Made by a program: the position numbers and the translations under genes
The notes under the pieces: generated by a model
The model's input: the letters and a program-made list of their open reading frames with translations, nothing else
Told to the model about the DNA's origin: nothing
Database searches by the model: none
Shown: positions 36,401-48,817 of the stretch, in pieces
Layout of the letters: the number at the start of each line of letters is the position of its first letter
Numbering within the stretch: position 1 is the first letter of the stretch
Source: Eremomyces bilateralis CBS 781.70
Lineage: Eukaryota
Length of the DNA: 64,000 bases
Reading direction: 5' to 3' (one strand)
NCBI GenBank assembly: GCA_010015585.1
Contig: ML975161.1

Positions 36401-37327
36401 TCATAACAATCAAGGATTCGCGGCTTGAAGTAAACAAACCGCCATTCTCTAATTATCACTAAAAGTCGAATACGGTACATAATTTGACGCGTCATTAACT
36501 TGTCAACTCATGTAACTTATTCCCAGTGCAAACTTAATGGTTATTCATTTCGGAGCTCTAGACATCACTGACAATAGTCTCCTGTTTCCCATGTGGGCCA
36601 TTTCGCTGCCACTCAACACGTGGATTCTGAACACGCTCATCGATGAAGTACGGGGATTGGAACCCGACTTCAATCCCAGCGTACCCTGTCCCGAAAGTTG
36701 GTCCGTTGAAGAGTTGCTGGACCATGATACGGTGGTCAAAAACACTTGGCTCTTCTATTAATGCCATTGGCTGTCCAATAACCCATGCATTTCTGGATCA
36801 AGATTTGTTTCTTGTTCTCCTTGGCTGGTCGTGCTAAGGGAGTTTCAGCGCCGCGACAAGGGGTGAGCACTTTATATTTGACTCACCCCCGCCGTAACTT
36901 AACGCCTGTTCTGCTGAATCGGTGCGCTAGGAACGCTGGACGGATCATGGCCGGTGATATGCCACAGAATCCCCACGGAATCCCTCCCTCCGGCGTAGCA
37001 ATATTACATGACCTCGTCTTCTAATAACGAAGGGTCTTGGAAACGAAGCATAAGCCAGAGTGGTGCGCTGTTCTAATATGGTAGTCGGATTACCACCAAT
37101 GATGTGTCGCGCGTTTGTTTAACCCAGTCTCGCGATATTATATTGTACCCTCCGCTAATGAAACTGGTCATAATGGAAGTATATCCCGGAGTGGTGCTCA
37201 TCTGGCAATCACTGTTCCTGTTTCTTCAAAAATGTTATATATCGGCTGCCTTATCATTCTTCGAAGCGCAAGGGAAACCTAACCACGGTCCGATTCCCCA
37301 TCCCAACGAAGAGCAGGGAAACACATC

Positions 37328-38395
37328 ATGGTTCAATTCTTTACTCTCACGGCAGTGCTAACACTTGTCTCCATCGTCCACGCCCAGTGCGGCGCGGGCA
37401 CGCCGGACGCCAAGGTAACCGGCAGTGGCGGGTCTTTCACGGCCACCAGAGGCGCAAACAGAGTGTACTCCGGCTCAAACTACCATGCTGCAATCCAGGC
37501 TGCGCTCGACTCCATTCAGAGCGGTCAGCGCGTTTCCGTCATCGCATCGGGGTCCATCGGTACCAGCACCATCTCCATCGGCAGCGGGAAAATCTTCGAG
37601 GGTTGCGGTACCATCAATGCGGCCCTTAAGAACGGAAGGGGTGCCATCGAGTCGCTGAACACCCAAGGAACGCAAATCCCGTACCTCACTATGACCGGCG
37701 ATCCGTACTTTGGTCTGCGGTTCTACGGCACCCGCGATCTGGTCCTGGGCCAAATCACCATGAACATGGGCGGCAAAACCATCGGTATCCGCTTCGACCG
37801 CGACCAAGCCGCGAACTCCAACGTGAAAATGGACGTCATCCGCGTGACCGGTGCGGGTGGTCACGCCGTCGAGACCTGGAACATCGACGGCCTCGAGATC
37901 AACCAGGTCATCGCCCGGAACGTCGGCGAGTCCGCCCTGCTGCTCCAGAAGACCACCAATGCGAAGGTAAAGCTCGTCGATGGGGAGAACGTCGGGAAAG
38001 GGACCGGGTATGCGACCTTCCGCATGGCGAACAACAACGGCCAGAACAAGAACGGCGACTACAAAACCAACATTTACATCGACAAGGTCGTCTCCCGCGG
38101 CGGTGGACGCGGCGTCTTCTGCGTCTCGCAATCCGGAGCGGTCGTCATCGAGAGCGTCGACCTCGCGAACAACGGCAACAACGCCATTCTCATCGAGAAC
38201 TGCTACAACGTTGCGATCCGCGGTGGGACCGTCAACGGAGGAGGAGAGGTTCGCCTCTCGGCCCGCACCGAGTTCCCCAAGAACCGGGACATCTCGCTCA
38301 CTTTGACGGTGAACAACAACTCCGTCCGGGAGTCCCCTTGCGGTGACAACACCACCTTCAACATCAAGGGTAATGCGAAAAAGACCGTTTGCTGA
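37328..38395 (+). CDS. secreted right-handed parallel beta-helix (pectin-lyase-fold) protein
   Basis: Signal peptide and repeated Asn/Gly/Ile beta-strand stacks (GGGRGVFCVSQSG, NNAILIENCYNV). Intronless with strong GC3 bias. Confidence 0.75.
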   Translation: MVQFFTLTAVLTLVSIVHAQCGAGTPDAKVTGSGGSFTATRGANRVYSGSNYHAAIQAALDSIQSGQRVSVIASGSIGTSTISIGSGKIFEGCGTINAALKNGRGAIESLNTQGTQIPYLTMTGDPYFGLRFYGTRDLVLGQITMNMGGKTIGIRFDRDQAANSNVKMDVIRVTGAGGHAVETWNIDGLEINQVIARNVGESALLLQKTTNAKVKLVDGENVGKGTGYATFRMANNNGQNKNGDYKTNIYIDKVVSRGGGRGVFCVSQSGAVVIESVDLANNGNNAILIENCYNVAIRGGTVNGGGEVRLSARTEFPKNRDISLTLTVNNNSVRESPCGDNTTFNIKGNAKKTVC

Positions 38396-38991
38396 GCGTG
38401 AAGATCGCCCATGGTCAACGGCATCAGCGAGATCTTGAATGTTTTTGTAAATGACAGGCAAGAATAAGGGATTATGCTCTAAATTCTCAGTACCTTATTC
38501 ATACGACGAATTGCTCGGAATGGTGAACATGAACTCTACAAATAGAAGCGTATTCATACCGGTCAACGTATATTAGGTGGGGCCTGGCGTACCTGTCCCA
38601 GCGCCATGTACGCTTATCCGAGCTTTCCCACCCAGCTATGGCTTCTTCAACCTCTGGAATAGAGCGGCGATAAACGAGCATCGATAGGTCATACTCTAAT
38701 GTCTCGAAGTTAAGGTATCGGATTGGGGGAGGGATGGAACCAGGGTGTTAAGCAAGGGCGGTTATTGACGGCAAGATTCCGTACAACACCTGGGTGCCAT
38801 CATTCCCCGCATAGCTCCTCATCTTCGCTCTTCTATCAACAATGTGTGATTAAAGTATTGCTCACCTTTGCAAATAAATTGATCTTGACAAACATTATCG
38901 AAAGTCTCAATCACCCGTCGCGGCCACCATCGAGCATCAATCACGACGACCTACCAGAATAATAGACCACATCGCTATAATCAACAGCAAA

Positions 38992-41204
38992 ATGTAATAC
39001 ATCCAAATCTTCCATCATATAAGCCATGGCTGATCACTTTGGATAGGGTTTACACCGCATCCTTCGCGTTTTTCGAGGCGCTGTGGGAGGCTGGGGTATC
39101 CCACTGCTTCGGTGCGTACTGTCCTATGTTAATGCTTCTCTGCATCCTCCTAACCGGTCTCATTAGTCAATTTGGGTTCCGACCATCCAAGTATCATCGA
39201 AGCGATGGTCAAGGGGCAGAAAGAGAAGAAAGACCGGTTCCCACGGATTATTACGTGCCCCAATGAGGTACGGCTGCATTCCTTGTCCGATTGTAGTTAG
39301 CCAAATTAAAACTTGCTAGATGGTGGCATTGTCTATGGCGGACGGTTACGCAAGGCTCACCAACAAACCGCAAGCAGTCATTGTCCATGTTGATGTGGGA
39401 ACCCAAGGACTCGGCGCTGCCGTCCACAATGCATCGACGGGGCGCTGCCCCGTCCTCATCTTTGCCGGCCTCAGTCCATACACCATCGAGGGAGAGCTAC
39501 GGGGCAGTAGGACCGAGTACATCCACTGGATTCAAGATGTTCCTGATCAAAAACAAATCCTGGCGCAGTACTGCCGGTACACTGGGGAAATCAAACGCGG
39601 GGTCAATGTCAAACAGATGGTCTTTCGTGGTACGTATATGCGTCTGCTATGATTGAGCTTAAATAAAACTAAGGGCACTGAATCAGCGCTTTCATTTGCC
39701 ATGTCTGAACCCAAAGGACCGGTTTACCTCTATGGCTCCAGAGAAGCGATGGAAGAAGAAATAACTCCATATCAATTGAATCCCGATGTCTGGCGGCCAG
39801 TCGAGCCCGCCGCCCTGCCGCCCCATGGGGTCAAGACAATATCTGAAGCACTTGTGAACGCCAAGGAGCCCTTGTTAGTCACTGGATACAGTGGGCGGAA
39901 CCACTCAACCGTTGAACAATTGGTCAAGCTCGCCGATCTCGTCAAAGGGATCCGTGTTCTTGACACTGGCGGGAGTGACATGTGCTTTCCAGCGGACCAT
40001 CCTGCGTGGCTAGGACTCCGATATGCGGTTGAGGATGCAATTACAACTGCAGACGTGATCCTCGTGGTCGATTGCGATGTACCATGGTAAGCCTCCTGGT
40101 TTTGGTCGTCCTGCTTCGTGAAAAGAACTTGCTAAGTCACGCCTAGGATCAACACGCAATGTCTCCCGTCCAGAGACGCGAAAATCTACCACATCGATGT
40201 GGACCCATTGAAACAGCAGATGCCTGTCTTCTATATTGACGCCCTTTTGCGCTTTAGGGCAGATGCTGCTACTTCAATCAGCCAGTTAATCGAATTCATT
40301 AGTGCAACATCTGCTCTACAAACGAAGGCCAAGGCACTTGAAAATCGCGCTGAGGCTCTGCAGAAGTCGTATCAACAGCGGCTGCAGACGATCGCAAGCC
40401 TTGTGAAAACCGATGAACAAGGCCACTTCGCAACCAGTTACTTGACAAACAAACTCCGACAAGCCTGTCCGGAGGACACAATCTGGATCATCGAGGCGGT
40501 GACTCAAACAGTGTTTGTCGCTGATCAAATCCAAGCCAATCTCCCTGGGTCATGGCTCAATTGCGGTGGAGGAGGGTTGGGTTGGAGTGGAGGCGGTGAG
40601 TCCGGAGGCATCCGCAATGTAAATGATGTTTCGTGCTGATGGAACCAGCGGCACTAGGAGCCAAGCTCGCGACAGATACCGAAGGATCAAAGCGATTCGT
40701 TTGCCAGATCGTAGGGGGTTAGTACATCCTGTTGAATCTTTCATCCACATGCTTACCCAATTCAGACGGAACGTACTTGTTCACGATCCCCGGGAGCGTC
40801 TACTGGATCTGCCAGCGATACAACATCCCAATCCTTACAATTGTCCTCAACAACAAGGGATGGAATGCGCCCCGCCGGTCACTCCTCCTGGTTCACCCCG
40901 ACGGGCTCGGATCTAAAGCGACCAACGAGGAAATGAACATCAGCCTCGCGCCAACTCCCGACTACTCTGGAATCGCAAAGGCCGCATCCGGTGGGGAGAT
41001 CTGGGCTGCTCACGCTTCCACCGCCAGTGATCTCGAGAGACTGCTCCCGGAAGCAATTGAATCAGTGAAGAACGGACGTGCTGCAGTTCTGGATGCGCAT
41101 CTAGAGGGACCAGAGGGGAAGTAAGTGCCATCTTCTGACATATATTTCCACTCTTGCTTATATACCGTAGGTTTGGAGGTGGTAAAGCCGCGTTGAGCGG
41201 TTGA
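38992..41204 (+). CDS. thiamine-pyrophosphate-dependent enzyme (acetolactate synthase large-subunit-like); multi-exon
   Basis: VYTASFAFFEALWEAGVSHCF|VNLGSDHP, CPNE|MVALSMADGYAR, HVDVGTQ and TPP-binding IVG|DGTYLF..IVLNNKGW. Last exon ends FGGGKAALSG* at 41204. Confidence 0.85.
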
Positions 41205-42363
41205 CGGCCATTGGGCCTCACAGGGACCATCACTAGGGCTTATTCCCTGGAAACAAGCATTGAAGAATGTCTCATACTCCCCCATTAGACGGTTTGCTAG
41301 GGCAAGTATCGGTACCAGTTACGCCATGCAGCATTTGCTTGTGCAGGGAAACCTAAAAACAATAAATAATAGGTACTATACGACATGCAATTGACCAGGA
41401 ATTCACCCGGAACTTGTCCTGGAGCATATTTGCTTTATATGCACTCGGTCCTTTCCCGTGCGTTCGTCGTTCCCCACAGATATTGATAGTCCTAGGATTT
41501 GCCTTCTTGAGCTCGACAAAGTCGAAATTCGTGGTGTTTTTCTTCTCGTTCAGAATGTAAGCCGCTCGCCTCGAATGTTCTCCTACATCTGTGATTTATT
41601 CTTCGACCGGTATCTTATCCGGAGGCACATTTCCTGCAAGGTTATAATCTCATTGCATACGCATCTATGAAGCTGAGAACATATCAAGGCCCGGGACCCG
41701 GCTCTCTGCTCTTCGAACCAACTCATACATTCAATTCAGTGTTGCGCAACGCTCGACCACATATCACCAAATCCTCGGGGGAGCGACCAAGGATGTGATT
41801 CAGATTTTGAAGATCCAACTGCAATTCGATGAACTCTACGACTATGCCGAATTGCCGATCTTATCTGCTGGATGCCTGGATCGCAATTCGAAGAACATCA
41901 CAAGAGGGAGACGGAATCATTCCGCACTGACTTCCGGTCAGGCGACAAGGCGACGGGGCGACAACATGACGCCCTTTCAAAGTTCACACACCACGATGAC
42001 ACCGATCTTGGGCTTGAATGATAATCCATAATTATAATGTTTCATTTCGGTACTCGGATACGGAGTACTGGTAGTGTATCTCGAGATCTCCTGCCGAACG
42101 CATTCCCAGCCGATTTAAGCGTCGTTGCTCTTGATTGATTCTGCCGCCCTATCTCATATGTCATAACGTCCTGCGTAACTCCACTGATAAGGAAACACAG
42201 TGGATAGAAGCTAGTAACGTAACGGCGATCAATTTCATTTCTAAATTCATTGGTTACTTGGTTTGATCTTTGATAGTATATAAATGGTTCGGCACTCTCT
42301 TCTATCTCGAGTTACAATGCCCACGGATATACCCTTCCCCTCAAATCCAGCCGAAGATTCAAC

Positions 42364-44004
42364 ATGTTGGCTCCCCTACTCCTCCTTGCCGCTTCACTTG
42401 CGGCCGGCACTCCCTTCGATCCAAGAGAAGCGACCATAGGCTCAGTCCATCATGCGCTGCATTTCGGCCGTTCGACGTGTCGAGAAGTGGTGTCGTCCTT
42501 CATCGTCCGCGTCGAAGCGTTGAACAACAATACCAATGCGGTCCTTACCTTGAACCCGCGTGCGCTTGAAATCGCCGACGAGCTCGACCAGGCCCTGCTC
42601 TCCGGGAACGCGACCGGTTCGCTCTTCTGTGTCCCGGTGCTTGTGAAGGATAACTACGATACCTTTGACATGAAGACGACTGGTGGCAGTCTTGCGTTCC
42701 GGGACTCCCAGCCCAGCACCGACGCGCCCTCCGTGGCAGCGCTCCGCCGGGAAGGGGCGGTGATTCTGGGCAAAGCGAATCTCCACGAGATTGCTCTCGA
42801 GGGGATCTCCGTCTCTTCGTTTGGAGGTCAAACGATCAACCCGTATGACTCGACCCGAACGCCCGGAGGCAGTTCCGGTGGATCCGGGGCGAGCGTCGCC
42901 TCCTCGTTCTGCGTGTTCGCCTTGGGATCCGATACGGTGAACTCTTTACGGAGCCCCGCGTCCGCAAACAGTATCTTCAGCGTCAGGCCGACCCGAGGTC
43001 TGATATCCAGAAGCGGTGTGATTCCGCTCAGCTATACTCAGGATACGGTTGGCCCGATGGCGAGATCGGTTGAAGACCTTGCCATTGCGTTGTCAGTAAT
43101 GGCAAGCGTAGGATACGATCCGTCGGACAATACCACCGCCTTAAGTCCACCCGGGTTTCAGGAAACCAACTTTGCGAGCGGCCTATCTCTTGGGACGCTC
43201 CAAGGAAAACGTCTGGGGCTTTTGGAGCCATTCTTCAACCGGACAGCCAGTGACGAGACGACTCCGGTCAACGAGGCGATGAACGCTGCCATCGGCCGGC
43301 TCGAAGCCGCTGGAGCCACCATCGTCCCGATTCGAGAGAGCGTGTACAATCCGACTACGATTGCGGCAGAGCTGGATACTCAACGGTTTGAGTACCGAGA
43401 ACTCCTCAACGCCTACCTTTCGCGCCCGGAGTTGGGTGGTCGGCATCCCCGGGACTTTGCCGAGTTCTATACTACCAAAGCGGAGGGTGGAAAGGGAGAG
43501 TTCCTCGTCATGCCGTCAGGATACGAGTATGTTCGTAATTCCTCCGTGTCGTCGACCGGCAATGCGACATATGCGTCAGTGCAACAGGGGGTCGCCAACC
43601 TGACCCTCACCCTTGCGTCCACCTTCGCCACCCATTCTCTGGACGCCATCATCTACCCCGAACAACGGAACCTCGTAGTGAAGATCGGATCGCCATCCCA
43701 GTCCGGCCGCAACGGGATCCTCGCGGCCCTGACCGGGCATCCCGTCGTGACCGTGCCTGCGGGCTTCAGCCCCAGCACAGCGGACGCGCCTCGAGGCGTC
43801 CCGATCGGAATGGAGATCTTGGGTCCGAAATGGAGCGAAAAAGAGCTTCTCGCCATCGCGCACGCGTACGACAAGGTCGGCGCAACCCGAAGATCGCCGG
43901 AATGGGCGGACCGACACGTCGAAAGTCAGGATCTGACCCAGGTACCAGTGATTGTTCCGGACCGCGCGAACATTCCTGCGGTGTATCCGATCGGTGTTTT
44001 GTGA
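42364..44004 (+). CDS. secreted amidase-signature-family enzyme
   Basis: Catalytic motifs VKDN, PGGSSGGSG and GSDTVNSLRSPAS. Signal peptide; intronless, 546 aa. Confidence 0.9.
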   Translation: MLAPLLLLAASLAAGTPFDPREATIGSVHHALHFGRSTCREVVSSFIVRVEALNNNTNAVLTLNPRALEIADELDQALLSGNATGSLFCVPVLVKDNYDTFDMKTTGGSLAFRDSQPSTDAPSVAALRREGAVILGKANLHEIALEGISVSSFGGQTINPYDSTRTPGGSSGGSGASVASSFCVFALGSDTVNSLRSPASANSIFSVRPTRGLISRSGVIPLSYTQDTVGPMARSVEDLAIALSVMASVGYDPSDNTTALSPPGFQETNFASGLSLGTLQGKRLGLLEPFFNRTASDETTPVNEAMNAAIGRLEAAGATIVPIRESVYNPTTIAAELDTQRFEYRELLNAYLSRPELGGRHPRDFAEFYTTKAEGGKGEFLVMPSGYEYVRNSSVSSTGNATYASVQQGVANLTLTLASTFATHSLDAIIYPEQRNLVVKIGSPSQSGRNGILAALTGHPVVTVPAGFSPSTADAPRGVPIGMEILGPKWSEKELLAIAHAYDKVGATRRSPEWADRHVESQDLTQVPVIVPDRANIPAVYPIGVL

Positions 44005-44752
44005 GAGGTTGTTTGGCCATTTTGCCAATGATATGAATTACTATTTAGACGAATACCTAGACCGTGTTTCCTGCGCGAGCATCACTCATCCATGCAGTCA
44101 GCTTGTGTCAGATTGCAGCACCCCATTCATCCCAACCTCCAAGCGACATTAATTCCCGAGATTAGATCATTACACAGCACATGTTGCCAACTCGCCATGC
44201 TAGTGGCGTTTTCGCTGACCGTTCCCTGGGTCCACGCGGCCTGGATGGTGATTGGTGATGGGTGAGATCTGCGTTGGGGTCTCTTCCGAACGGTAGATTT
44301 GGCCCCCATTATTCGGCTCGATCCTCCAATCACCCGCCTGTAAACTCTCAGAGACCCACTCCTCCGCTTCCAACTTTTCCAGTTTCGGAAGTTTCTTCAT
44401 CGCCTCAATTTCCGGTTTAACTACGCCGACTTTATTACTATTATCATCGCGCGACACTGCCATCTTTTCCAGCACTTGTCCCTAAGCCTTGAATGCTGCG
44501 CCACGCCGTCATCATCCGTGTGATGTTTCGTGTCGCTCGGTTGGGTTTGGCTCCGGGCCCGGGGTTGCCCTACGGTGGTGATATGTACCCCTTTCCCGCC
44601 CGTCGCTATATAAAGATGCTGTTCTAGACTTTCAAGTTTGAACATCTCTGTTTCGCATTTCAAAAATCTGTCTACTAGCGTCTAATCTGTTCTGCTCTAC
44701 TTCCAATTCAAAGCCACATACTCAACCTTCCATCACTACTCTAATCACCAAG

Positions 44753-45205
44753 ATGCATATCAAGCACCTCCTCCTCCCCGTCCTCGCCGGCCTCGCCGCC
44801 GCCCAACTCGACCTCGGCAACGTCGCCAACTCCATCATCTCCGAAGGCAGCAGCGTCCTCAACGCCGTCACCTCCGACGTTCCGGGCGCCTTCAGCTCCA
44901 TCACCGATCGCGTGGCCTCCGGCGCCACCGACCTGGCCTCCGCGGCCGAAAGCCTGAACTCGCAAATCACCAGCGGCGCTGCGTCGATCGGCTCCGGTGT
45001 GAGCTCAAACATCGCCACCAAGGCCAGCAGCGTCCGCTCGGACATCACGGACGCCGCGTCGAGCGTGCGGTCGCAGGCGGGCGAGGCGAGCAGCTCGCTG
45101 AACGCCGCGGCGGGGAGCACGGGTGGCGCGCCAGTCCCGACGGCGGGATTGCATGCCATGGCTGGATTGGTGGGCGCGGGAATTGTCGCGGTGGGATTGT
45201 TGTGA
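44753..45205 (+). CDS. small Ser/Ala-rich GPI-anchored cell-surface protein
   Basis: Signal peptide, S/A/T-rich body and C-terminal hydrophobic GPI signal AGLVGAGIVAVGLL. Confidence 0.75.
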   Translation: MHIKHLLLPVLAGLAAAQLDLGNVANSIISEGSSVLNAVTSDVPGAFSSITDRVASGATDLASAAESLNSQITSGAASIGSGVSSNIATKASSVRSDITDAASSVRSQAGEASSSLNAAAGSTGGAPVPTAGLHAMAGLVGAGIVAVGLL

Positions 45206-45745
45206 GGGGTTCTCGGTGATGGGTGCTGTTGATCGTCCGGAAGTTGACCTCCATATCATCTACCGCTCGGGATATTCGGCGCTGTCAGGCCTTACTTAGA
45301 GTTTCAAAGTCGTGAGGCGCTTGCTCGCGTTATGGAGCTTTTGTATGTCTATATTTTTCTTCTGGCTGGGGCTAGAGGCGCGTCAGTTCGACCATCAAAA
45401 TTGTGTGATATGGATGTGGATATCTACTGGATCGCTGGGGACGAAACGTCAGACTGCACAGCTGGTTACTATACCCATATCGAGGCATATAGCCCAAACG
45501 ATGTCTTTAGAGACCCGAATTTTAGACGACTAATTACTGCCAATTCTATGACATTTCATATCACCTGGACTCTCGTAGTGTCGTGATGCATTCATGGCTA
45601 CATGATGCCTTGGAATTTCGTGTCTGAGTATCGACCTGTTTCAAGGTGCGAATTCTCCATCGTAATCCCATCCCATACCAAACGCCTCATCGAGCCAAAC
45701 TCAATGGCAATATCGTTGAACTTCATCTCCACAGTGAATGTGAAT

Positions 45746-46706
45746 TCACCTTTTGCTCGGCTCGCCCTCATCTACGTCGTCGCCTGCCGTCTCCTGTGCG
45801 CTTATTCGCTCCACGGCGACCCACCCCTGATCTATATCCTCGAACCCAGACGTTGACTTCTGACGCTTGGGTTTGGGTTGTCCCTCCAGATCAGGCTCAT
45901 TCTTGGGTGGATCTGGAAGTTTCGATGCAAGAGATGATGCGGGTTGTTCCTCTTTGGAGTCGGATGGCGCAGTCGGGGCATTCTCCTCGCTTGTTGGGGG
46001 AAAAAAGGTGCTAGTAGATGGTGAGCATGCCGCGTCCGATATTGAGAACAGATAGAGTTTGGCCTCGGTCGTACCTTGCGTTTTCATGGTACGCCTTCTC
46101 GTCCTTCTCCAAGAAGCTGCAGAAAATAACGTTCAAGATCTTCGAGCCATCCTTCCCCTCCAAGAAGTCTCTCACTTCGCTCAGGGCAGTTCGGCACGCA
46201 TCAACACTGGGGTATCCATACACACCAGTGCTGATGCACGGGAAGGCGACACTCTTTAAGCCCCTTTCCACCGCCAGCTCCAGACTGCGCCGGTAACATC
46301 CGCGGAGGAGCTTCTCATGCAGCCCCTGCCCCTTCGTCAGATAATAGATGGGACCAACGGCGTGGATCACGGCTTTGCACGGCAAGTCGTAGGCCCCGGT
46401 AATCTTCGCGCTTCCCGTTTCGCAGCCGTGTAAGGTCCTGCACTCCTCGACAAGCTCGAATCCTGCGGCGCGGTGGATGGCTCCATCAACGCCGCCGCCG
46501 CCGAGCAATGAATCGTTCGCGGCATTGACAATGGCATCGACCGAGAGGGCTGTGATGTCGTTTCGAATGAGCCCGATTTTCGCGTTCAGGTCGGCGTTGG
46601 GTGGGTAGGCGATGGACGGCTTGGGGTCAATGGGAAGGCGATGGATCTGGTAGAGGAGCGAAAGGTTGGGGATGGTGGAGAGCGAGAGCGGTTTGGGTGG
46701 TGCCAT
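45746..46706 (-). CDS. macrodomain protein (MacroD/LRP16-like ADP-ribose hydrolase)
   Basis: [38 protein letters not shown] and [13 protein letters not shown]. Intron at about 46072-46012 precedes an acidic tail exon. Confidence 0.9.
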
Positions 46707-47686
46707 GGTTGAGAATAAGATCCGAGGGATTGGAGGAGTAGAATGATTATCTTCTAGAGTGAAAGTACTACACACTCGTGGTTAGCTATATACTTCGGCG
46801 AAGCAGAATGATGCTGCCTACACTCCCGAGAGTACCTTGCTGTCCAGTCTCCACTACTGGTATCCCGGCTGGGTAGCTCACCAGTACATGCGGAGGAGAT
46901 GGTCAGGGATCGGGTTCCCTACAAATCAATTCCGTGCACACACTGGCAATGTGTGTGAATGGATGGAAGGAGGAATTGTACGGAGGATTCTGATTGCTGG
47001 GAGCGGAATGTGGAGTTGCTCAGGTCGTTCCTAGTCTCAGGCTCCAACACAACGGAAGTTGGGGAAGTCGTGACCGGAGGTTGGTGTTGCCGCACTGTGA
47101 CTGGTTCCAGGACAGAGGTGTGTGGCGCAACATGTGGCGCTTGGAACATTATAGTCCCTAGTCAGGTGATATTTGTTGTTTCATTTCAAGCCACATGTTG
47201 ACGTCAGCAATATTGCCAAGACCCAATCCAAACATTCCGCTTCCGCACTGTGGCGCTCGCATTGATTTCCAATCGCTGATTAACGCCAGACAGGCGTCTG
47301 AGTCTCTGAGCAAACATTCCAACAGCACTCGAACGTCCTGTTCCGCGATTTGGAAATGGTATTCAAGTATCTTAGGTAAATAATTACATAATACATTGGT
47401 ACTGCATGCATAATTAGGTACTGCTTACTGAATCCCCATCTGTCCATCACGAAATGGAACTAAGGGTTCGAGAACCAGCTACTCCTCGCGAGCCCCGTCG
47501 AGCAGTTCTATCCATCTAGGGGTATATATATGTCTCTGAATGCCTCCTCCTCTTGAGATCGCCACATCAAATATCAATCCGTAGAAATCACAGTTCAACT
47601 GTATTACTACCGTCAAGCTGGCTTCACGACTCCTCCGTTCATCACTGCCTCGAGTCACCCCCCGCCTGTCTCAAACTTCTCGAGCA

Positions 47687-48490
47687 ATGTCTACAGCTAC
47701 ACAGAACTTAACAGTTACTACCCGCCCGTGGAACACGCGAGGACACGCTGACCACGGCTGGCTCCACACCTACCACACCTTCTCCTTCGCATCATACTAT
47801 GACGCATCCTACACCTCGTATGGACCGTTGCGCGTCATCAACGAGGACCGCGTAGCCCCTTCGAAGGGCTTCGGTGCCCACCCCCATGCCGAACACCTCA
47901 TCTGGACCTACGTCGTGTCCGGGGAACTGTCCCACAAAGACAGTCTCGGCAACGTCGAGACCCTCACTCGCGGCGACGTCCAGTTCACGAGCGCCGGAAC
48001 CGGCGTGCGCCACAGCGAATGGAACGGTCATACGGAGCGCGAGGTGCACTTCCTCCAGATCTGGGCCAAGCCGAGCACGAAAGGCCTCGCCCCGGAATAT
48101 GTCACGCGCCGCTTCGAGGAGGCGGAGAAGCAGGACCGCTTGGCGAGGATCATCGACTCGGTCGACCGAGTGGGGGAGAACGCGGACAATGCGGAGGGTC
48201 CGATCGCCTTGCACGCCGACTTGACTATGGATACCACGGTTCTTTCGCCTGGTAAAAAAGTGGTGCACGACCTCGTGGCCAAAGGGCCGAGGAAGGTCTA
48301 TGTCCACGTGGTTATGAAGGGTCGGCTTCAGCCGAAGCAGGGCGGCTCTCAGATCAAGATCGGAGATAAGGTTTTGGGAGAAGGAGACGGTGCCTTTGTC
48401 GAGGGAGCGGAAGGGCCAGGAACGGTTGAAATAGGGAATATCGGGGATTCGGAGGCTGAGGTGTTGGTTTTCGACATGGGACAAAAATAG
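47687..48490 (+). CDS. pirin-family cupin (YhhW/quercetin 2,3-dioxygenase-like)
   Basis: RGHADHGWLHTYHTFSFASYYD, LRVINEDRV, GFGAHPH, SAGTGVRHSE and FLQIW. Confidence 0.9.
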   Translation: MSTATQNLTVTTRPWNTRGHADHGWLHTYHTFSFASYYDASYTSYGPLRVINEDRVAPSKGFGAHPHAEHLIWTYVVSGELSHKDSLGNVETLTRGDVQFTSAGTGVRHSEWNGHTEREVHFLQIWAKPSTKGLAPEYVTRRFEEAEKQDRLARIIDSVDRVGENADNAEGPIALHADLTMDTTVLSPGKKVVHDLVAKGPRKVYVHVVMKGRLQPKQGGSQIKIGDKVLGEGDGAFVEGAEGPGTVEIGNIGDSEAEVLVFDMGQK

Positions 48491-48817
48491 TGATATTGAA
48501 ATCGATCCCAGGCAACATCTTGCTTCATCCAAATGAATGTATCTAGCATGGCGTTAAGGGATATGGAAAAGTCACAAATCGAAGAAGTCAAAAAAGCTGT
48601 TGGGGAAATATGCTCCGTACTGCAGGTCTCATAGGAAGCCCTAGTACTTCCTGATAATTAATCGCCATACCTATACGGTCCGTCCAAACATGCAATTGTG
48701 TAGCAACAATTGTCCGTTCAGTTGCCCTAACGCCTCGCTCTTATGGATATCTCAAAACACAAAAAGAAAAAGGCAAAGTAAATGCATGAGAAGGTTAAGG
48801 ATGGTAAGAGGCTACCT

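Noticed and set aside
38700..39050. TPP riboswitch in the 5' intron of the TPP enzyme
   Set aside because: No CTGAGA..ACCTGAT-type aptamer core, and the intron is only 53 nt.
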